A DNA stretch of 64,000 bases from the NCBI GenBank assembly GCA_025558095.1, contig JAIVFI010000023.1:62001-126000 (forward strand), read 5' to 3'. Shown here in pieces: positions 57,893 through 64,000 of the stretch. The stretch is from Hyaloraphidium curvatum SAG 235-1. Its lineage: Eukaryota > Fungi > Monoblepharomycota. A program made the translations under genes and the position numbers. Position 1 is the stretch's first letter, and each line of letters starts with the position of its first letter. Below the pieces are notes generated by a model. It was given only the letters and a program-made list of their open reading frames with translations, did no database searches and was not told the origin of the DNA.

Positions 57893-58285
57893 ACTGGGTA
57901 GGGCCGGCGGGCAGTCATTCATTGGGAACGTCAAATCGTTGTCGGCTATGTTGCAGTTGATGTATTCGTATAGTCTTGGCGTCCAGTTGTGCTGGTCTTC
58001 ACATGCCTGTCCGGATCGGATCGTCGGATCAGCTCTCGCTATCTCGGCATGGAATCAATCCTGACCCTGCAGTGATGCGTGATAGCTTTAACCGTGCGCA
58101 GAATTGTCTCCCGTTGGAGCCGTCGAGAACGAACGATGGAAGCCGTGCGTCAGCGGGAGAGGATCCCGTGTTCTGCGAGGAATTCCTATCTGCGATGACA
58201 TCACAAGACCTTCCGCAGAAGAACCCCCGGTCACACCCGAACACATCGAACGCAACAACACACCGCTGCAGACTCCAGTCTCGCC

Positions 58286-58954
58286 ATGGCCATCGCTATG
58301 CCACCCCCCGTTGTCCTGGCCGGCGAATGCCTCGCCGCGGACCCGCCGCGCCCCGCGAAACACCGCGCCGGCGACGCGGCCCCCCCGGCCAAGACCGACG
58401 CCGCGGCCCCGACCGAGCAGCCCCCGGCACCGCAGGCCGCCGAGCAGCCCCCGGCGCAGGAGGCCCCCCCGAAGGACGCCGCGGGCGGGACCGCGCCCGA
58501 CGCGGAAAGGGCCGGCCGGTGGGACACGCTCGTCGACCAGTTCCGCCGCAAGCACTCGCCGCGCGGCTGCGGCCCGTGCGTTCTGCGCGGCCCGCGCGCC
58601 CTCGCCGCGCCGCCCGAGCCCGAGCGCGCCGGCGCCTTCGAGTTCCTCGCGCTCCCATCGGACATCTTCCCGCTCGTCTTCCGCTTCCTGCACGACTGCG
58701 AGCTCGCGCGGCTCTCGGCAGCCTCCAAGGCCGCATACCGCGCGTGCCTGCCCGAGTTCGGCTTCCGCGTGACCCGGATCGAGACGACCGACGCGGCGCG
58801 CAAGGTGGACCGCCCGCGGCGCACCGTCGTGGAGGAGCACAGGAAGATGGAGACCCTGCACATCGCGCTGGCGGGGAGCCCGGTGATGCACGTCCAGGTG
58901 TGCTGCAAGAAGGGCTTCCCCAGGGCGACGCTGAAGGGGTGCGCCGTGCAGTAG
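58286..58954 (+). CDS. F-box protein with C-terminal CaaX (CAVQ)
   Basis: FLALPSDIFPLVFRFLHDCELARL; ends CAVQ. Confidence 0.8.
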   Translation: MAIAMPPPVVLAGECLAADPPRPAKHRAGDAAPPAKTDAAAPTEQPPAPQAAEQPPAQEAPPKDAAGGTAPDAERAGRWDTLVDQFRRKHSPRGCGPCVLRGPRALAAPPEPERAGAFEFLALPSDIFPLVFRFLHDCELARLSAASKAAYRACLPEFGFRVTRIETTDAARKVDRPRRTVVEEHRKMETLHIALAGSPVMHVQVCCKKGFPRATLKGCAVQ

Positions 58955-59281
58955 GGGGGCGGGCACGTGAACTTGCGGGGCGGAGAATTCGACTGTATTG
59001 GACAGAATCTGCAGAGACTAGCGTGTACGGAAGCAACGCAAACGGTGAAGAAATCGCTATTCCATACGATTTCGCGCGTGACGTTCCAATTCCGCTTTGA
59101 GCCGGTCAAAGGGCGTATCACATGACGGGGTTGGGGAGTCCGGGTGCTGCGCCCAAATTTCCGCGGAACGTATGACGTTGTTGGGACCCTTCCTGGAAAC
59201 TGACCTTCCATCGAACCCCGTCCGCGACGCACAAATACGCCCGCATTCCCCGTCGAACGCGACCGACTACCGCTCCACAAG

Positions 59282-59893
59282 ATGCCTCCCCACGTGCACG
59301 CCGCCACCGCGCTCCCCGCCGACGCCCCCGCCTTCAAGCCGCGCGCCGCGGCGCCCGTTATCTCGCGCGACCGCACCCCGGCCGCGCACGCGCCCGGCTG
59401 CTGCCCCCCCGCCGCATGCACCTTCCCTCCCCCCTACAACTCTGCCCACCCCTCCCCGCGCCCCGCCGACTCCAAAACGCAGCAGGACTGGCGCGTCCGC
59501 TACCGCAACCGCACCACCCTCTGCGTGCTCCGCGCCCCCCCGCACCCCCTGGAATCCCGCTCGGACATGGGCCCGTTCCCATTCATCGACCTCCCGGTGG
59601 ACCTGATGCCGATGATCGCCGGCTACCTGCACGACTGCGAGCTCGCGCGGCTCTCGGGCACGTGCAAGGCGCTCTACAGGGCGTGCATGCCCGAGTTCCG
59701 CTACCGCGTCGAGCGGATCATCACCGGATCGAAACCCGTGGACAAATCGAGGCCGAGGAAGGCGGTGGTGGAGGCGCACGACGAGTCCGAGACGCTGCAC
59801 GAGGCGCTGGGCAACTCGGCGGCCATGGCGGTGAAGCTGGACCACGTGCACGGCTTCCCGAGGGCCGTGGTGAAGGGATGTGGGATCATGTGA
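59282..59893 (+). CDS. F-box protein with C-terminal CaaX (CGIM)
   Basis: FIDLPVDLMPMIAGYLHDCELARL; ends CGIM. Confidence 0.8.
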   Translation: MPPHVHAATALPADAPAFKPRAAAPVISRDRTPAAHAPGCCPPAACTFPPPYNSAHPSPRPADSKTQQDWRVRYRNRTTLCVLRAPPHPLESRSDMGPFPFIDLPVDLMPMIAGYLHDCELARLSGTCKALYRACMPEFRYRVERIITGSKPVDKSRPRKAVVEAHDESETLHEALGNSAAMAVKLDHVHGFPRAVVKGCGIM

Positions 59894-60076
59894 GGGAAGC
59901 GGGGAGGATGCGCGGATGGGCTGTCTTGTCGGTCTGGTCGGAACGGCACGGGACTTCGTTGGAGGGAGAGTGGACTCTTGTACAGGTCGGAATTTGCATA
60001 CTAATGAACGAGCTTCTTTCGTCTACGAATCGCCCCACCGTGCCCGAGCTTCCGATGTTCTCGGGTCGGCGCAGCT

Positions 60077-60518
60077 TCACATCTTCCCGTCCTTGGGCTT
60101 CGCCTTCTCCGCCGCCTCCTGCGCCTCCCGGATCTGCGCCGCCGTCGCGTCCGGCCACGGCACGTGGCTGCATCTGTCCTTCTGTTCCGCGGCAGATGGC
60201 GTCCGGGGGTGATGGGAGCGGGGACGGACGGATCCCGGCCGGCGTCGGTCAGCTCCGTTGCGCCGTCCCGAGCGCGGAGGACCGGCCCACCTTGTCCACC
60301 TGCTGCGCGATGTAGTCCACGTGCATCCCGCAGCCCGCCCAGCCGATCTTGCCGCAGTGGGGGCACTTTCGGGGGAGCGTCAGCGGATCCGGCGAGCGGC
60401 GACGGGGAAGGTGGAGGACCTGCGTGGTGCGGCAGCGGGCCACGAGGGGCCCCGAAGAAGTCGAGAGCGCGCGGGCGGGGCGGAGGAGCAGCGAGGGTGC
60501 TTGTAGCCGGGAGAGCAT
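60077..60518 (-). CDS. Small Cys-rich protein (CxxCGKxxWxGCGxH) with mitochondrial-type leader
   Basis: MLSRLQAPSLLLRPARALST leader; CPHCGKIGWAGCGMHV; spliced last exon KDRCSH...GKM. Confidence 0.6.
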
Positions 60519-60695
60519 GTCGTCGGTTTGAAGAGGTGAAGGGAGGCGGAGACCAGCGTCACTTCCGCGGTGCTTTGTCAGCGGGCACCCACCCTCGAAG
60601 TGGCGTCCCGTCCTCCGCGATCGCGAGCTATAGTAGGTCTCCATCAAAATAGAATAACCATCCGCACCGCAGCATCGCCCATAAGCTATCGCCCC

Positions 60696-62429
60696 TCACC
60701 CCGCGCCCGCCACCGCCCTCTGCAGCGCCCCCGCGCTCACCGGCTTCCCCAGCACCCCGTCCATCCCCGCCTCCTCGCACCCCTCCCGCACCTCGGCCGG
60801 ATCCTCCCCCGTGAGCGCCCATATCCTCGCCCCCGCGCCCCCGGGGAGCTTCCTGATCTCCCTGGCCGCCTCGCGCCCGCCCATGCTGGGCATCTGAAGG
60901 TCCAGCAGCACCAGATCGAACGCGGTGGAGGAGGCGAGCTCGACGGCCTGCAGGCCGTCGCACGCGGAGGAGACGGTGTGCCCGAGGCGGCGGAGCATGT
61001 GCTCCGCGACGAGCCGGTTCGTGGGGTTGTCGTCGGCCACCAGCACGCGGCGCTTCCCCGCGTCCGCTGCGTGGCCGTTGGCCTTCGGCGCCTCGGGTTC
61101 CGGCGGGCACCCCTCCGCCGCGATCGAGAAGCTGAACACCGACCCCCGCCCCTGCTCGCTCTCCACGCTGATCGTCCCCCCGCCCATCAAGCCCACCAGC
61201 CGGCGGCAGATCACGAGGCCGAGCCCCGAGCCGCCGTACATCCTCGCCGTCGACGCGTCGGCCTGCCCGAAAGCTTCGAACAGCCGCGACACGGCCTCGG
61301 GGGGCATCCCTATCCCGCCGTCGCGCACGGAAAAGTGGAGGCGGTCCGGCCCGTCGGGGGTGATGGAGAGGGAGACGGGGCGGCCAGGGGAGAACTTGAC
61401 CGCGTTGCCGAGCAGGTTGAGGAGCACCTGCCGGAGGCGTCCGGCGTCGCCCCGCACGCGCTGCGGGACGCCGTCCGCGACGTCGAGGGACAGGTCGGTG
61501 CCGGATTTGGATGCCTGCGCGGCGAGGAGGCCGAGCACCGTCGCGGCCTCGGCGCGCACGTCGTAGGGCAGGTCCTCGAGGGGGAGCTTCCCGGCGTCCA
61601 GCCGCGAGAATTCGAGCACGTCGTTGACCACGCGCAGCAGATGGTCCGCGGAGCTGCCCAGCAGCTTCGCGTGCGCCAGGGCGTCGGGCGGCGCGCCCGG
61701 CGCCTCCTTCAACGACTCCTGGAGCAGCCAGGCGAGGCCCACGATCCCGCTGAGCGGGCTGCGCACCTCGTGGGACATGACCGAGACCGTCTCGGCGCGG
61801 GCGCGGTTGCGCAGGGCTTCGGCGGTCACCGCCGCGAGGTCCTCCATTGATTCGAGCTGCTCCGGCGTCGGCCGCCGCGGCGAATCGTGCAGGAGGCAGA
61901 GCGTCCCCACGGGGAGCCCGGAGCCGACCACGAGGGGGATGCCGCAGTAGGCGCGGACAAAGGGCTCGCCGGTGACGAGGGGGTTGGAGGCGAACCGCGG
62001 GTCCTTGGAGGAGTCCTCGACGATAAAGGGGTCGGTGCCGAGGATGGCGTGGCCGCAGAAAGAGACGTCACGGCCGGTCTCGCAGGCTTCCAGCGGGCCA
62101 GCACAGGCTTTGAACCACTGCAGGCGGGGGAGGGCGCCAAAGGCGGGATTTCGAGGCGTTCCGGGAGGCAGGAAGGGAGGTCCGCCACCGGGCATATTAA
62201 GGACGCCGGTTAGAAGCCATACGTAGCGGGCAGTTTCGAGGTGGAAACCCGCCTGCCTGTTTGTGTCGACCAGCGAGACCAGCGCTATGCGGTATCCCGT
62301 GATCCTCTTGGCCAAGGTGACGATCCTGGTGAAGGACGGTTCCGGAGCACTGTCTAGCACCCTCAGGGCGGCCAGCTCGGCCAGCCGCTCCGCCTCCCGC
62401 GGGTGCGGCGGTGGCGGGACGAATGCCAT
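60696..62429 (-). CDS. Hybrid histidine kinase (GAF-HisKA-HATPase-REC)
   Basis: SFCGHAI, MSHEVRSPL, NLLGNAVKF, DGGIGM, GSGLGL, VADDN, LLDLQMP, KP. Confidence 0.93.
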   Translation of the reverse strand: MAFVPPPPHPREAERLAELAALRVLDSAPEPSFTRIVTLAKRITGYRIALVSLVDTNRQAGFHLETARYVWLLTGVLNMPGGGPPFLPPGTPRNPAFGALPRLQWFKACAGPLEACETGRDVSFCGHAILGTDPFIVEDSSKDPRFASNPLVTGEPFVRAYCGIPLVVGSGLPVGTLCLLHDSPRRPTPEQLESMEDLAAVTAEALRNRARAETVSVMSHEVRSPLSGIVGLAWLLQESLKEAPGAPPDALAHAKLLGSSADHLLRVVNDVLEFSRLDAGKLPLEDLPYDVRAEAATVLGLLAAQASKSGTDLSLDVADGVPQRVRGDAGRLRQVLLNLLGNAVKFSPGRPVSLSITPDGPDRLHFSVRDGGIGMPPEAVSRLFEAFGQADASTARMYGGSGLGLVICRRLVGLMGGGTISVESEQGRGSVFSFSIAAEGCPPEPEAPKANGHAADAGKRRVLVADDNPTNRLVAEHMLRRLGHTVSSACDGLQAVELASSTAFDLVLLDLQMPSMGGREAAREIRKLPGGAGARIWALTGEDPAEVREGCEEAGMDGVLGKPVSAGALQRAVAGAG

Positions 62430-62653
62430 CGCTGAGATGGCGGGAGAGGGCCGGAGAGGGGCGGGGGAGCGGGCGGAGCACATGGGGACGCAGGGGCGGC
62501 GCTGGTCCTTCCCGCACGGCGCCCGTTTCCAGCGTTTCTTTCTCGACGCGTCGCGTCGTCCTCCCGCCCCATCGCGCCTCCATCCCCTAATAGGGTGTTG
62601 CCGGGGCCCGCATCACCCGCATCGCCGGCCCCCGCCCCCGCCCCGCCGCCGCC

Positions 62654-64000
62654 ATGTCCCGCGTGATCCGCCACGCCGACCAGGCGCCGCAGCGGCCGTC
62701 CACGCTGCCGGGCAAGGAGGCCGCGCTCTTCCGCCAGATCATCAAGTTCTACGAGCTGAAGCAGTACAAAAAGGGCATGAAGGCCGCCGAGGCCGTGCTC
62801 AAGAAGGTGCCCGAGCACGGCGAGACGCTGGCCATGAAGGCGCTGCTCATCAGCCAGATGCCCGGGTACAACACGGACCGGGCGAGGAAGGACGAGGCGA
62901 TGGACCTCGTCAAGCGCGGCCTGAAGAACGACCTCAAGAGCACAGTCTGTGGGTGTCGGGGGCGGGATGGGGTGACTCGTTGGAGGAGACGCTACCTCCA
63001 AACAAGACGCGTCGGACGCGTTTCCGCACCGATGGGGCGCATTCGCCATCGGACGCAGCTCTTCCTTATCGGCATTTTGGTCCCGCCGCTCGCTTACGCC
63101 CGATTGCTCACGCATCCGCCCTCTTTAGGCTGGCACGTCCTCGGCCTCATCCACCGCCAGGAGAAGCAGTACGACGAGGCCAGCCGCGCGTACCTCAACG
63201 CGCTCAAGTTCGAGAAGGACAACCAGCAGATCATCCGGGACCTGACCAACCTGCAGATCCAGCGGCGGGACTACGAGGGCTTCAACGTCCGTGGGCCCTT
63301 CCCCGCGGCCGGTCCGCCGCCCTGACCGTTCCCCCGCCGGTTCGCAGGAGACCCAGCACCGCCTCCTCGAGCTCAAACCCGCCATCCGCACGCACTGGCT
63401 CGGCCTCGCGGTCTCGTACCACCTCCTGGGCGTGCACGCGCAGGCGGTCCGCATCCTCGACGCGTGGCACAAGACCAACACGGACGTGCGGACCGGTGCG
63501 GCGACGCACGACCAGAGGCTGGAGGACCAGGAGCTGTGGCTGTACAGGTGCTGGGTGCTCGAGGAGGGTGGGGACAAGGAGGGGGCGCTGAAGGATCTCG
63601 AGGGTTTCGAAGGGGAGGGGAAGGTGCTGGATCCCGTGGCATGGAACGAGGCCAAAGGTGGGATTGTGGCGAGCGTTGTGCGCTTTTGCGTCTCAACGAA
63701 CGGCTCCGTCGGTAATCCCACAGGCCGCCTGTACTTCGCCCTCGGCAAGCCTGACAAGGCCGCCGAATGCTACCATGCCCTCCTCGCCATCAACCCCGAC
63801 GACGCCTCTCTCTTCTCCCGCCTCGAATCCTGCCTCGACGACACTTCCCCGGCCGCCCTCCTCGCCTTCTACCGCGACATGGAGTCGCGCTACCCCCGCT
63901 CGACCCACGTGCGCCACCGCATCTTGGAGCTCCTCCCCGCCTCGGACGAGGACTGGCAGGCCCGGATCACCGCCGAGCTGCGCAAGGGGTTCCGCAAGGG
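62654..64000 (+). CDS. NAT1: NatA auxiliary subunit (TPR), 5' part, runs off the right edge
   Basis: LPGKEAALFRQIIKFYELKQYKKG...PEHGETLAMK...KS.VC|WHVLGL...DNQQIIRDL..LQIQ.RD. Confidence 0.92.

Overview
Eukaryotic DNA, most likely from an early-diverging (zoosporic) fungus: GC-rich genes with short spliceosomal introns, Fungal_trans-type proteins, a hybrid histidine kinase and NAT1. The window has two compartments. (1) About 1-14.85 kb is a visibly AT-richer island that resembles an endogenous large-DNA-virus (NCLDV/Polinton-like) or satellite element. It encodes a beta-class SPPY DNA methyltransferase, a D5-like SF3 primase-helicase, Bro-N/T5orf172 proteins, an HNH-like protein, a stand-alone D5_N paralog, an ankyrin protein, DUF2177 and TspO. 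Directly behind the helicase lies a convergent TGGACA/TGTCCA iteron array resembling a P4/PICI replication origin. This array is duplicated inside a near-perfect 1.42-kb inverted repeat, and two further iteron-like arrays follow. No capsid, polymerase or integrase gene is visible, and the left end of the island probably lies outside the window. (2) About 14.9-64 kb is host DNA. It holds a convergent pair of 7TM gustatory-receptor-like (7TMIC/DUF3537-like) candidates, many small F-box genes (several decayed, three tandem ones ending in CaaX), and three enzymes with PTS1 signals. It also has two PiT/PHO89 transporters with gene-conversion tracts and Pho4-type sites, plus PP2C, a lipase, a CAP protein, a MUL1-like E3, a hybrid histidine kinase and NAT1. 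All family calls come from motif recognition by eye, and exon structures are inferred.
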